In this document: piece by piece, positions 25,004-37,930 of the stretch | Position numbering within the stretch: the stretch's first letter is position 1 | Layout of the letters: each line of letters begins with the position of its first letter | DNA from: Lama glama | Taxonomy: Eukaryota | Reading direction: 5' to 3' | Assembly (NCBI GenBank): GCA_028534125.1 | Contig: CM052817.1 | Span: forward strand, 56,360,001 to 56,424,000 | Length of the DNA stretch: 64,000 bases | Program-made: the position numbers and the translations under genes | The notes under the pieces: model-generated | What the model was told of the DNA's origin: nothing | The model's input: the letters and a program-made list of their open reading frames with translations, nothing else | The model's database searches: none

Positions 25004-27675
25004 TGCTTTTGCTCACAATACAGAGGAAGTGTCAGTTGTCTCCATGGTCTCAGTGTGTCCCTTGTCATCTTGTAAATGTGTGGTGGGATGGATACAGGAC
25101 ATGATATTCAAGAATGTCTCTGACAGGTTGCTGACACCAGTCTTCTTTTGTGCACTCTGGGCTAAAACAGGGCTCAGAAACTTTGAGTGTGCCACCTCCT
25201 TAGCTGGGCCCCTAGGTTCAGTTAAGACCTGGTAGAAATTATCACTCAATGGTTTAGATGTACAGCCCAGGGCAGACCAAATATAGCTCCCAGATGAAAT
25301 GAAGATCAATACTCTCCTTCCTGGTTGAACCTTCGTTCGGGGCAGTTGGCAAAAGTCAGAGGTAAAAAGTGTTCTGCTTTCCCAAAGCCCCTCAAGCAAT
25401 TTCTGTGGAGGGAAATGGAACAGCTGAGATGGTGCTGTGGCTCGATTCAGAAGCACAAACTTTTAAAAATGTTTAGCATTTTTTCTAATGCTTCACAGAC
25501 ATGATCTGATGTTTTTATAAACTGATGGTTGTTTCACTAAATATAAATGCTGGTTTATTTCTTGAGTTGAAAAACACTCTGCTAAAATTGAGCACAAATC
25601 AGTACAAAGTGTTCCTCTAAAGCTACAGCATTTATCTGTGTTAAAGATTTTTAAATGTTTTAACAGAAAGAGGAATCTGCAGGAGGAGGGTGGGAGCGAG
25701 AATGGGCATAGAAAGAGTGGGAGAAGTTAATGCAGAAAGAAAAGCTATATATTTCCAGTTACTTGATTTTGTTCAATTCTATTTATAACTTTCAAAACTA
25801 TAATCAAAGAGCAAATATTATGTGCTATATAGCACAAAGCTTAAATTATTAAGATTAGGGGAAAACTTTACTTCATCAAGTTAATTGAGAAATTCATTTT
25901 TTAAAAAAAATTCTCTCTCAGGATTAAAAAAAAAAACACTATACAATAATGTATATTAACTAAATATGGTAAAAAGAGTAGACCAGATAGGTGATAAGAG
26001 GGAAAAAAGACCAAAAAATGGAAAACTGAGGCACTAATAATAAAAATAAACACTTCATAATGTTGGAATAATTATAATATCTAAGTGCTTTTGGCACATT
26101 TTATATTGAGGCAAAGTGGTACATAACGGTCTCCATATTTCTAATCATGCCATAGAACCCCTGTAAGGAAGGATTCGTCTTTAGGGAAGTTTGACCGCCT
26201 GCAACATTTTTGATACAAACAACACAAAGCCTCAAACAAACAAAACCTGACATTGAAATTGGCCCTATTAGAAATACTGTATTTGATTTAGGAAATAGTA
26301 TGAAATAGCCATCAGTTATGTTTTCACATCATTTATGTAAGTTATTTGTATGCCATTTGAATCTGTATAACCACTCAAAATATACAACCAGAAGGATGTA
26401 ATAAATATTTGTTGAGGATTTCAATACTAACTAAGCCAACTGTGTTTTATAAAACCAAAGCAGACTACTGGAAAAATTTAATTTCTAGTTGGTTTTTACA
26501 AACCAATCTTTTTTAAAAAAAAAATCCTTACTTTAGGTAGATTTCAATATCACTTCATCAAAGATGATGTAAAATTAGCACGTTGACAACCTTGAAGAGA
26601 GAATACTTGCATTTTGTGCTAGAGATCTATTCTTGAAGAATTCTTGTAATTCAAAATTTGTATTATACAAAACTTACTTTTCCCCAGAGGAATAAAGTAC
26701 ATGAGAGGCATTGCCAGAGCACACGAACCTACACATTCTTTGTGCAGCTCTTGCATCCACCTCACCAGCACTTCTTCATTATCCTTGCCTGCTTACATGT
26801 TGGTTTTTAAATTATGAGCATTTCTGCTTTAGTGCCCTTTAAAACAATTGCTGCATTACCTCAGCATCGAGGAGTATAAAATCCTAAATTATCAGCAGAG
26901 TTTGTCCCGTATTATTTACTTGTTTCTTCTTTTTTTTTTTTTGGTATTGTTTCTAATTTCGATTCAGAATTCATGATTTTAGAAATGATTTTTATTAGTG
27001 ACATTAGCAATACTAAATAAAGCAAGCTTGGATGACACTGATACTGGAAGTGAAAATATTTCAAATTGGAGAAAACGGGTAAAATAACAGCACAGCAGGC
27101 ACCCGAAATCACTCACAGAAAAATCCAGTGCATTTAAACAACAAAACTGTAGTCAAGACATTGATGTTGTACATATTGGTTTCCCAGCTTAAGTAGATCT
27201 CCCATTTGGCCATAGCTGAAACAAAATGCTTTTTTCCTGACAACTTTGAAGTTATACAATTCTTGAGAAATTTTTATAATTTGCATCTTATGTATTATCT
27301 ATATTCGTTCATAAAAGAAATCTGTATTAACACTTTATCGCACTAGAAAAATTGTTCTTAGAGACCTAAATTTTGTATCCAGTTTTTCATGAAGCTAAAA
27401 TTGCTGTGAATTACCAAGGTTATGTCATGACTGTATGTGTGCTATATATGTGTATATGCTGTATATGTTGTATGCATGCCAATTATTCACGCATTGCTTT
27501 TATCTAATATGGTCTCATATAAACATATAAGTAGGTAAAAGTGATTAGAAATGAAGTTGATTTCGCTTTTTTTTTTTTTTTTACCTTTGTGGTCAAGAAC
27601 TATGTTTATCTCATAGAAATATACTACCGGTACAGTGCTTCTGCACATGAGAAATGCCTTAGTCTGAAGCAAACT

Positions 27676-28369
27676 GCTTGCTTGGCGGAAGCAAATTCTT
27701 AGACAAGGGCTGAGTGTTGTTCTTTATTTGAGAATGCTGACGGAGCCCTGGGAAGGTGACGCAGTGAGAGGAATGCAGGCAGCAGGTGGTGTCCTGTTAA
27801 ATGTGCTTCTGTGCTCACCGGCTCAGCTCCGCAGGGACACCCCAGAAAACCGTGTGAAACATGTTTCAGAAGCAGCGTGGCCAAGGGTGAGGGACATGGG
27901 GTATTATTCACTCACCTCCACCCTTCTGTTACTGTATTGACCTGAAACAAAGGGACCGCTGGACATTTATCCAGCAAAGATGGGTTTACTGGGGCTCACT
28001 AGAGAACTGCAATTTGAGTCTGCAACCAGAGGAAACGAAGAGTCCAAGGCTTTTACTGAGTCTTTGCCGAGAAAGAAGAGGAGTCTCATCCTGGTGGGCT
28101 CTGCTTTTGTCTCAGAGCATGAGAGCTCCCCCTTCTGGTCTCTCAATTCTATATTATTGAGGTTTCTGTTTATTAATTTTTTACAGTTGGTTATGGGGTG
28201 GGCTTCAGTTGGGGCCTGTTATCTCTCAGGCATTCCCAATCCACTGGGCTTGTGGGCGAAGAGGGCCCAGCAGCCTGCGGGCAGCTCTTCCACAAAGCTA
28301 AATCCTGCTGCAAATGGAAATGTAAAGGTGCCTTAAGGATATGGGCCAAGGGCTGACTGAATCCATACA
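27676..28369 (-). mobile_element. LTR33-like ERVL LTR, split by a younger LTR
   Basis: gaagcaaattcttagacaagggctgagtg...ctttatttgaga...agggtgagggacatggggtatt [insertion] ttggtt...ggatatgggccaagggctgactgaatccataca follows antisense LTR33. Confidence 0.65.
27933..28185 (-). mobile_element. Short ERV1-class solo LTR nested in LTR33
   Basis: On the minus strand it starts TGTAAAAAATTAATAAACAGAAACC and ends TTTCAGGTCAATACA. It interrupts collinear LTR33 sequence. Confidence 0.65.
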
Positions 28370-29917
28370 ATGAGTAATCTGAAAACGCTTAATAAACGAA
28401 AGAGTCAAGTGAAATAATTGTGTAGTATTAAGAGCTAGAGCTATAAAATACAAACTGGTTGTTTAATTAAAAGTTTGTTTTAAGAACTAAAGAAAAAATG
28501 TTCTTATGCAATGATGCCTGCTCATTTTGATTTAGGAAATAATGATTTAAACAAAGTTTTATTTCTCACCAGATTTTAATTTATAAATTTTCTCAAATAA
28601 TATTTATGTATCAATTATTCAGTTCAAAAGACTGTACATTTTCAATGTCTCAATCTTACCAAAAATAAGTGAATATTATTTCTCATACTCTTCTTTTTCA
28701 AGCCCTTACATCTTTGAAACTAAACTGTGAGCTTATGTTTCTGTAACTCAGGTTAAACACACAGGTTTGGGAGTCAAAGACTCCTGTGTGCCCGACTTTA
28801 AAACTTAGACGGGATGCAGCACATTCCTTCTAAACTATGAAAAGATCTGTCTCTGAAGTACATGTTTCCTAGTGAAATTAAATTCTATAAATATTGAGCA
28901 ACCCGCACACACAAAGCACAGTGTTGCAGATTGCTCCATCAGCACTAAAAGATCATGAGACTACCATTCCTCACCTCTCTCCAGCTGGTACTGTGGGGGC
29001 TGTGAACTCTGAGAGCAGCCTTTGACACATCTTTCTTGCAGATCTAATGCTGGATATTGCAATACTTTGAATGGATTAGGAAGCAGGTATCCTTTTCTTG
29101 GAAAGCATAATATTATTATTTCAATGCAACTTCACTAAGGTATAGGATTTATATAGCTTAGTTCTTTTATAAAGTTCAATAGAATGTTAATAGCCACAAA
29201 GTATAGGGATCTGGGATTTAAGATTTCATTATAATGGGAACAAATGGCATGCAGGAAACCCCAAGAGTCCTGTTCAGTTTTGCAATGCTTGGCATACCTT
29301 ACAGACAGCTTCCAGGAACTAGTGTAGTAGAAAATTAAGGAATAGCAAAGTTATAAGCATATTGAAATTCTTTCTTCTCCGGGTTTTAAAAATATTCACT
29401 TCTTCTTTATTCAGAACCTTATGAAATTGTTGCCATAGATCTGAAACAAATTAAAACCAAAACTTACCTAATCTCTGTTATATTCTTAAAGTTTTTCAAA
29501 GTGATAGATAAATACTACAGAGTAAGTACTAAAAAAAAAAGAGAGAGAATATAAGAATAAGCCTAGAAAATATTGCAAGGTTCCCAGTCTAGCTGATAAT
29601 GAATTATAATTTTGAAGTCCAACTCTTCAAGGCCTAGAGTAAAAGCTGAGAACATTTAATTGAAACTTGAAACAAAATTCCCCATAGAAATTGTAAAGCA
29701 TCAGTATAAACATACCACTGTTCCCTTGTGAGTCATAACTTTGATCCATATATCTTTGTGGACAGAAAGATGTGTAAAGCTTGTGTAAGATTATGAAATT
29801 AAACGCTTGTGCTCCTGGAATAAAATTGTCTTTGCTTCTGCCCCAGGATGAAGGCTAGGAGTCCCCAGCCCCATCTAATTTTATATTCCCTGTGAAGACC
29901 ACTCAGTAGCCCTAGAC

Positions 29918-30207
29918 CAGGATCGCCCAGCAGAAACAATGGGAACCACAAATGAAAGGCTGAAATGTATTTTAAATTTTCTGATCGCCACCTCTAGAAA
30001 TGTGAAAACAGACATACAGTTATTTTAAAATATATTTATACTTAGACCAATCTATTCCAGAAATATAAAATATTAAGAAGATATTTATATAATTTTACAT
30101 ACTAGCTGTTCAAAATCATACTTACAGCACAATTCAATTTAGACTAACCACATAGCAAATGCCCAGTATCTACATGAGGCTAGTGGCTACTTTATTGGAC
30201 AGCTCAA
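29918..30207 (+). mobile_element. MER33-like hAT-Charlie DNA transposon
   Basis: tgtattttaaattttctgatcgccac...cttacagcacaattcaatttagactaaccaca...ggctagtggctactttattggacagc matches MER33. Confidence 0.8.
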
Positions 30208-30580
30208 CTCTACACCCGTATCTTTGGCTGCCAGGCTGACATGGACACCTGCATGAAGCATGCACATATCAAACCAAACAGGTGTCAAACCTACACATAC
30301 ACGCTATACATAGAAGTCCACATACACATTCCTGCTCCTCCACTGGTATTCAACATATGATAAATGGTTGTCTATCTCTAGGTCCATTCTCCACTCCCTC
30401 CTGCTCCTCGTTTGATTCTGTCAGCCTTTGATACCAACGGGAATAAGCAGGAGGAAATAGAGGAGGGTCAGTGTGTCTGTTGCCCCCACCCCCATCATTC
30501 CTTGGCAGCCTGCACTTTGATAGTGGCTGAAATCCTCTACCTAAAACAATCATTCCTTCTTGGAGCCCATCTCATAGTTA

Positions 30581-31183
30581 CGTTGCCGATAGATGCAACC
30601 GGTGTTCCAGGTTCTTGTCTTGTCCCAGAAAGAATTCAGAGACAAGACTTAGAGGTTAAAAAAGGTAAAGTGAGGATTTATTAAAGGATGGATAGTACAC
30701 TCTCAGGGGAGGGTGGGCAGGCTCAGGTGAGCGGCTGCCCTGAGTTTCTTTGGCAAGTTGGTTACATAGGGTGTAAAAATGAATGGGCAGAATATTCATT
30801 GGGAAAGGAAGGAGAGATTTTTGTCCTTATTCAGTCTGGATCAGAAGTGTCATGGCGTCAGTGCATGATGGGAACTTCTGATCTGCAAGGCTAATTTTTT
30901 GAAATGAGGGCATAATGAGCAAAAGGTTACATTCACACACTAGGAATTCCTGCCTTTTCTCACCTTTCTTTGTTCTTCTCCAGGCCACTTGTCATCCCTA
31001 AAGGCATGATCCCTTATCAGCCCCAAGGTTCCTGCTTTTCTTTCTCTGCCCAAGGATCCCTGCTGCTTACATGATGTGTGGTTTCCTGCATTTGGCCTGT
31101 GCCCCTCCTTTCTGCCCAATTTCTGCCATTTGGTCTGCGCCCCCCTTTCTCTGCTCATATCTAGCTATCTGCCTGCTCTAACA
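30581..31183 (-). mobile_element. Young ERV1-class solo LTR (603 bp) with GTTA target-site duplication
   Basis: Termini cg/tg...ca. Perfect 4-bp TSD gtta at 30577-30580 and 31184-31187. AATAAA on the minus strand (tttatt near 30677). GC-richer than its flanks. Confidence 0.85.
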
Positions 31184-31429
31184 GTTAGCGCTCTTGCTAG
31201 GTTTAACAGCACCACCATTTTTCCTTACCCTTCAACGGTACCCACATTCCATGGTGCTAGTGCCTGCATGCTTTACCATCTCTTGTTGATTCTTTTGCTT
31301 TGTCCACATCCTTGTAAATAACTTATTACACTCTCTGCAACTAATCCTTTGCATGTACCACTTGTTTTTTATTGATATCCTAATTGATATAATGGTACAG
31401 TAATTTACCTAATATTACTCATGCCATAA

Positions 31430-32520
31430 AACTAGTATCATTTTTACCTCATCTCTGCCAAATTAGCATTCTATTTGGTCATTAATGCCTTTCTCCTATT
31501 ACTGTCCATATTTTCATCTTGGACCCAGCCACTTTCTAATATAATCTGTCAAAATCTTCTTTTGTCTCTGCCTTAACTAAAAACAGGATGGATTTTCCCT
31601 TAAGATACCAGTTTTCTTTCATCTACTCTTTTTTTCTCATATCTCATATTCATCAAAGGACTAGAAGGCAAAGTCCACATTTTAATATTTCAATTACCAT
31701 TTTATTCATCATTCTTTGATTTATTCTTCCAGCTTTCATTCAGCAGATATTTCTTGAGCACTAACTATATGTCAGGCAGATTTTAAGAATAAGGAGAAGT
31801 CAATGACAAATTATGTAAAATTCTCTGCTTTCATAATCTTATATCCTGCTAGGGAAGATAGTTAATGAGATAAAGAAGTATAGTATATATTTTGTTAAAT
31901 AGTGAAATTGCTACTTGCACATTATGTCTCTTCAGCAATTGTGCATGAAATTCCTCTTTTGACTTACGTCACCTAAATAATCATTTAAGAATTTCTGACA
32001 AGTTTACCCTATCACTTTCCATGACAGTTTTGCCCTTGGACTCACAGTCTCCATCTTCCTGCTCCAACTATTATTCTCAGTATTGTCCATATTAATGTGT
32101 GGAAACTGACACACACTCCACACTCAGAGTTCTTTGACCTTCTTTAAACCCCACTCTAGTTCAATCCCTCTGTGACAACCAAACTTCGTGGGTAAATTTA
32201 GTACATCACAGAAGCACAAAGTCCACGTCTGATTTGTTCATATAACATAACACCCTTTTACCTAAACTATCATCATTCTAGTACATGAACAGCCTTATTG
32301 TCAGTATACTATTCTTTATAACCCAAACTTTAGAACCTCTAAATTCCTGTGGGACATTCGCCACATACTTTTTTTTCTTCTTTCTCTGTCCAGCATGGGC
32401 TGCGTATTTCCCTTTGCAAACTTTCTAGCTGGCACTTTTATCAATCCCAGCACCACAGTGTAAACTTCTAAACCTTAATGAATGCAGGTTAAGTGTTTTC
32501 TTTGCCTCTACAACCAGATT
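31430..32520 (+). mobile_element. L2 ORF2 endonuclease-region remnant, containing an antisense L2 3' end at about 31735-31900
   Basis: ttgtctctgccttaactaaaaac resembles the L2 LALTETW region. ttcattcagcagatatttcttgagcactaactatatgtcaggca is an antisense L2 terminus. Confidence 0.5.
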
Positions 32521-32575
32521 TACACACACACAGATATACACAGATACAACTGCCACCACAATCCTGCATATTTAT

Positions 32576-33256
32576 TGTTAACTGAAATTTCATAAATGGA
32601 TACCTGACTGAAATAAAGAGGCATCTGTTTGAGGTTTATTAAGACAACAGCCCAAGAGTTACCAATTCAAGAAGCACTTGAATTGGGTTTTCCTGGACTA
32701 CAAAATAGAGGAAGCTTGTAAAGGCAAAAACCACAAGGCTGCAGTTAGTTATATGAGTTGTTTATCAAGAATTATACTTAGGGTAATTATAGGGGTAAGG
32801 GCATTAAGAGGTACAAATTATTATGTATAAAATAAGCAACGAAGATATATTGTACAACATAGGGAATATAGCCAATATTTTATAACTATAAATGGAGTAT
32901 AACTTTTAAAAATTGTGAATCACTATAATGTGCACCTGCAACTTATATAATAATTGTACATCAACTCTGCATCAATTTAAAAAAGAATTATTATTAAAGC
33001 TGGCAAGAAGTAAGAGTGCTTGATAGGCAAGGATTGGCTGGGGTCTGAAATGGTTGCATAGTTACACAGGTAACAACCTTGAGATCATAAGGTTGCAGCT
33101 AGCAGGTGTTATTTTAAAAATGGCTGGTGTCCTTGGATTGGGTACAATTCACAGAAGGTACAGGGATGTGTACCAGAGGGATGTGAGATCAGATCCTCAA
33201 CAGCCGCCTGACTCCATTCTGCGTGCCTCAACTGTGATGCCTCCATTGTGATTTCA
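32576..33256 (-). mobile_element. ERV1-class solo LTR interrupted by an L1 3' end
   Basis: Starts tgttaactgaaa, has a minus-strand AATAAA (ggtttatt) and a gactccatt motif near the right end. The sequence is collinear across the L1 insertion. Right boundary approximate. Confidence 0.6.
32776..32982 (+). mobile_element. Cetartiodactyl-type L1 3' end with AAGAATTAT target-site duplication
   Basis: ttaagaggtacaaatta...gatatattgtacaacatagggaatatagccaatattttataactataaatggagtataac...tgtacatcaact. TSD at 32767-32775 and 32983-32991. Confidence 0.85.
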
Positions 33257-35457
33257 ATCTGTCATCATTATCCATCACAAACGTAATTTTGCCTGTTTGT
33301 TTTTCTAAGTCTTTTGAGTTGACACATGAAATATTCAAGCAGTTACTGCTTTTTATTCAAGTCTCATAACTCTCATAATCCCCCTTGCTCACTGCTGACA
33401 ATGACTCTCTACCCAAGAGGAACTGAAGTCAATATGCATAAACTGCCCTATTTCTGCCCTGCAGACCTCATGCCCACATTTACCTGCTCATCTTCTGCCT
33501 CTAAGGAAAAGTGCCAGTGGCTACGTCATCATTGTTCTTCCCAGATCCCCATTATTCCATTTCTTTCATTCTCCTTTACATCTTCCTTTTCCTTCAAATT
33601 ACCCATTCTCTCTCCTCTGACTCTAATGGACCTTATGCTCAGCAGATAACAGAACTCAAGGTTGTTCCATTAAAATATAAACAGAACATATGGAAATAAA
33701 TAGATCACGTAAGAAAAGAACATAAATAACTTCTTGGGTCTCATTTTTTTCCATTTCATATTTCTGGAACTCACTAGTAACCGAAAAAAAGATGGGGGAG
33801 GAGTTTGAGGAATCAATCCAAGGTAGTAGTAAAAACTCCTCTTTTTTTATGATTGTCCAGGTAACAGTCTGGAGCCATACAAGCTAGCAACGAATTCCAG
33901 CTCCATCACTCACCGTTGTGTAAAACTGGGGAGAAGCTGCCTAATTTCTCTAGACTTTCTCCTGGTCTTCTTATTATAAAATAGGAAGAAAATAGAAGCT
34001 AAATAATTATTCACTATGTTAAATATGTAGGGCAATATATATCACAGCTCAGCAATCAACATCATTTTCACTTTTGCCACCCAGAGAAAATATTATTGAA
34101 TACTGTCATAGCATTCATGACATTTGAGAAAATAGTCTGGCAGACTCCCTCTTTCTGAATTTTCTAAACTAACATATTACATTAAATAACTACTTATCAT
34201 TTCGTCCATACACCTATTAATTCAATGTCAATAGCAAGATTTTTATTAAAAAAAAAGATATAAGTTTAAGTTGGACATATTTACTAAAATTAAATGCCAT
34301 AGGTTGTGTCCAAAATTGCCTAATGGTAAGCTCGTGATTTCGTGTTTAGATTTATTAATCAGTGGTACTCAATCCCTATTATTAAAGGTGACATAAAGAC
34401 AACTTTGGTTTGCCTTGTAAGAATTTCTCAGTCAGAGAGAATACTGCAAAGCATCTAGAAGCAACACACTTATTTCCAGTGATTGATAGATAAAAAGACA
34501 GGTGATAGGAATTACCTTGAGGCACTAGTTTATTTAAAACATATCACTGTAGTTGGCATGACCTTGGAAGGCTAGGAACGGTGGTTCCTCCAGGTGTGTA
34601 ATCAACTAGGAAACAGGAGCTTAAAATGATCTCTTGGCAAGTGTCACTTCTGCCATACCTCTCTGATGAGTTTCACATACAGTGTCACGAGAGTAAGTGA
34701 GAAGCCCCTGAGAGGACTGATTAATCACATTACAATAAATGTATATAATTAAACATATTTTGTGGATTCGGTGGGAACTATGAAGGTTTTTGATTTATAT
34801 AAGGGATTCAAAGGCCCTCCATGCAATGACTTAAGTTAATCAGATCAGAATTGGGGAAAACATGCAGCCAAAAGAAATACAGTGAAGTACCTTTATGATG
34901 ACAAAGATGTGAGAAAATGGAAACAGATGAATGAATCTTCAGAGAAGAAGCATTTCTTGTGGTCAAGAGTGGGACCTGCCTAAAGGCATGAGAGTGATAA
35001 TTTGGAGATCTGAAGTAGTTAATTTTGGAGACAAGGAAAAGTACCAGAATCTTCCCTAAGACACTTCCATCAGAACTTTATTAAATATGTTACATTCATA
35101 CACACTTGTAAAATGATGATGTGGAGAATGAAGAAATGGGGCTGTGGCTTTTTCAGTATCAGTCAAACGGACAAACAGGATGGTAGTGTCATTATCAGGG
35201 CAGGGCAGTAGTTTCCTCACAGATCCCTGTGTTATTGAAGAGTGAAGCTAGCTGAGGCCATCAGAAGATCCAGGATTGTCGGAAAGCATATGTCATGGCA
35301 AGAAATATTTGATAAAATGACCCATTAAAAAAGAAGGCTAGTTGTTGGTAACACATGTATTCTGTCAATAAGCCTTTGATGATTTAAGGCTTTGCGGAAC
35401 ATGCCTTTGGAACAAAGCTAGGCAGAGGATACAGAGAAGAAAAACGTAAACTCTTCA

Positions 35458-35950
35458 AGTGGTAAATAGAATAATGCCCCCCATCAAAGATGTTCACTGC
35501 CTAATTCCCAGAACTTCTGAATAGGTTACCTTGCATGGCAAAAGAGACGTTGCCGATTTGATTAAAATCATAATCTTGAGATGGGGAGATTATCTTGAAT
35601 TATTCAGGTGGGCCCGATGTAATCACAAAGACCTTATAAACCAAAGAGGGAGGCAGGAGAGACACAGTCAGAAAGACATGATGACAGAAGCAGAAGTTGG
35701 GGTGATGTGCTTTGAAAATGAAGGAAGGGATCATAAGCCACGACATGCAGGATCTCTCTAGAAGTTGGAAAAGTCAAGAAAACAGATTTTTCCCTAGACG
35801 CTCCAGAAGGAATCAAGCCTGCCAAAAACGTTTATTTTAACCTATTAGATTAGACTTCTGACCTCCAGAACTGTTAAGATAATAAATTTGTGTTATTTTA
35901 AGCCACTAAATTTGTGGTAAATTGTTATAGCAGCAATATGAAAGTAAGAA
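35458..35950 (+). mobile_element. MLT1D-like MaLR LTR
   Basis: gaataatgcccc...aaagatgttcactgcctaattcccagaac...ttaccttgcatggcaaaagagac...gacttctgacctccagaactg...aataaatttgtgttattttaagccactaaatttgtggtaaattgttatagcagcaa. Confidence 0.9.
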
Positions 35951-36364
35951 ACTGCTAAAAGAAATATATAGTCAATGTATAATATAGACAAGTTATTCAA
36001 TAATTACAATAGAATATCAAGAGTGTTATAGAGTATTTTAGACACTAATGGCAGTCCAGAAAAGAGGCATCAAACGCTCATTGATTATGGAAGACTTTCT
36101 GGATAAGCAGTTATTGTTACTTTTGGACTGTGAATAGAAATTCACCAATATCCTTAGCCAATACCACTTCCAGTTTTTCAGTCATAACACTCCCAAAGCC
36201 ATCTTCCTAAAATATAAATCTGATCACATATTCCCACACTTATCCTTCAGTAGATTTCCATTGCCTACAGTAGGAGATAATTTTAAAAATTACCCTCCAT
36301 TTATCTCTCTAATCTCTCATTTTACCATAAACAACAGGGGAAAAAAAGAAAGACAAAAACAAAA

Positions 36365-37483
36365 ACAGGCACCACTTTCAACATTTTGTTTGGAAATCTC
36401 CTTTGCTATATAATCAATTTCACCACTTATCACTTCTGCTTTACACGTAAGTGTACGAGACATTCTCCTTAAGTTGTCTGCCACTATGAAACAAAAATCC
36501 CATGGCCTCCAGTTTCCAATAACATGTTCCTTCTGAGCCCTTAATATAGCAAACCACAGTCCAGACTTCGACTAACAGCCTTTTCAAAGTGACTCAGGCT
36601 TTCTCTACAATGCTCCTGAATTGCCTTCAAGCCTCCATTCATCAGCAAGTTTCAAAGCCACCCCTGCAATTTTAGATATTTGTTACAGAAGCATCCAATC
36701 CTGATACAAAAACTGATATCAGTTTTCTATTGTTTAGTAATAAGTTTACTCCAATTTAGTGGCTTAAAGCAACACACATGTCTCATCACACAGATTCTGT
36801 GTGCCATTATCTATCAAGGCTTAACTGCATTCTCTGCTAAGGATCTCCCAAGGCTACATCAAGTGTGAGGCTGTGCTCCCATCTGAAGGCTGGGCTGAAA
36901 AAACACCTGCTTTCAAACATTTAAATTCATTTCCTTTCAGCTGGCTGGGGGCTAGAGGCTGCTCTCAGGTTTTGAGGTCACCAACAGTCACAAACCTTGT
37001 GGACATTCTCAACAAGGACACTTACCTTGCCAAGCAAATAAGAAGAATTTCATGCTCCCATCTGTTAAAATAAAGATTTAGGGATAAATTAGGAGTTTGA
37101 GATTTGCATATACTAACATATATAAAATAGATAAACAGTAAGTTCATACTGTATAGCACAAGGAACTACAATCAATATCTTGTAGTAACCTATGGTGAAA
37201 AAGAATATGAAAATGAATATATGTATATTCATATATGACTGAAGCATTGTGCTATACAACAGAAACTGACACAACATTGTAAACTGACTATACTTCAATT
37301 AAAATATATATATATTGAAAAAAATGATTTATATAACTGAATGTAGTCCTGGGGATAACATCCCATCACCTTTCCTATATTCTATTGCTTATTCTATTGC
37401 GTGGAAGCCACAGATTTTCCCCACAATCAATTATACCACATGTCCATACTACAGGGTGAGAAGTCTTAAGGTCTGTCCATCAC
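36365..37483 (-). mobile_element. MaLR internal fragment plus MLT1 LTR (LTR about 36715-37483), interrupted by L1
   Basis: ttgtttggaaatctcc...ccagtttccaataacatgttcc...ttcaaagccac (MLT-int) joins atttagtggcttaaagcaacacacatg...cacagattctgtg and ends ctgtccatcaca. Confidence 0.7.
37081..37324 (+). mobile_element. Young lineage-specific L1 3' end
   Basis: gggataaattaggagtttgagatttgca...tactgtatagcacaaggaactac...gaaactgacacaacattgtaaactgactatacttcaattaaaa, flanked by an imperfect repeat ending gattta. Confidence 0.9.
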
Positions 37484-37679
37484 AGATAATATCCAACTTC
37501 TTCTATCTAGTAATATAAACATTCATAATGTATCCTTGGATTGGCTTTCCTTTAAGAATCAAGGAAATGATTCCCTATCTTATTGTTTTTTTTAATGACC
37601 ACAATGTTGTCTAACTTACAGGTCCTCAATATTGTCGCTTATAATTCAGATGTTAAATAAGTGAGCGTGTATTCTTTGG

Positions 37680-37930
37680 TGGCAAGGTAGTGTGGATTAT
37701 GAATTAAAACTATCAGAACTCTTATGAGGATTGCTGACTTGTCTATAGCCCTTTTTTTTCTTATATACTGTGAGCCAAACCATTTAAACTCTCTGAGCCT
37801 AAATTTCTTCAGCAGTAGAATCAGGATAATAATCATCAATGCCATGAGAAGCTATGTATATATGTACAATGTATGTACATGTATCAATACACATACCTTT
37901 TGTAAACTTGAAAGTTCTGTGCATATACTG
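37680..37930 (+). mobile_element. MIR SINE
   Basis: ctgtgagccaaaccatttaaactctctgagcctaaatttcttcagcagtagaatcaggataataat matches the MIR core. Confidence 0.65.

Noticed and set aside
27699..28336. ORFs of 70-118 aa
   Set aside because: They lie in nested LTRs, and the 118-aa ORF crosses an insertion junction. No recognisable protein.
30350..31321. ORF cluster around the 603-bp LTR as possible retroviral genes
   Set aside because: The element is a solo LTR with a TSD on both sides; no gag, pol or env motifs.
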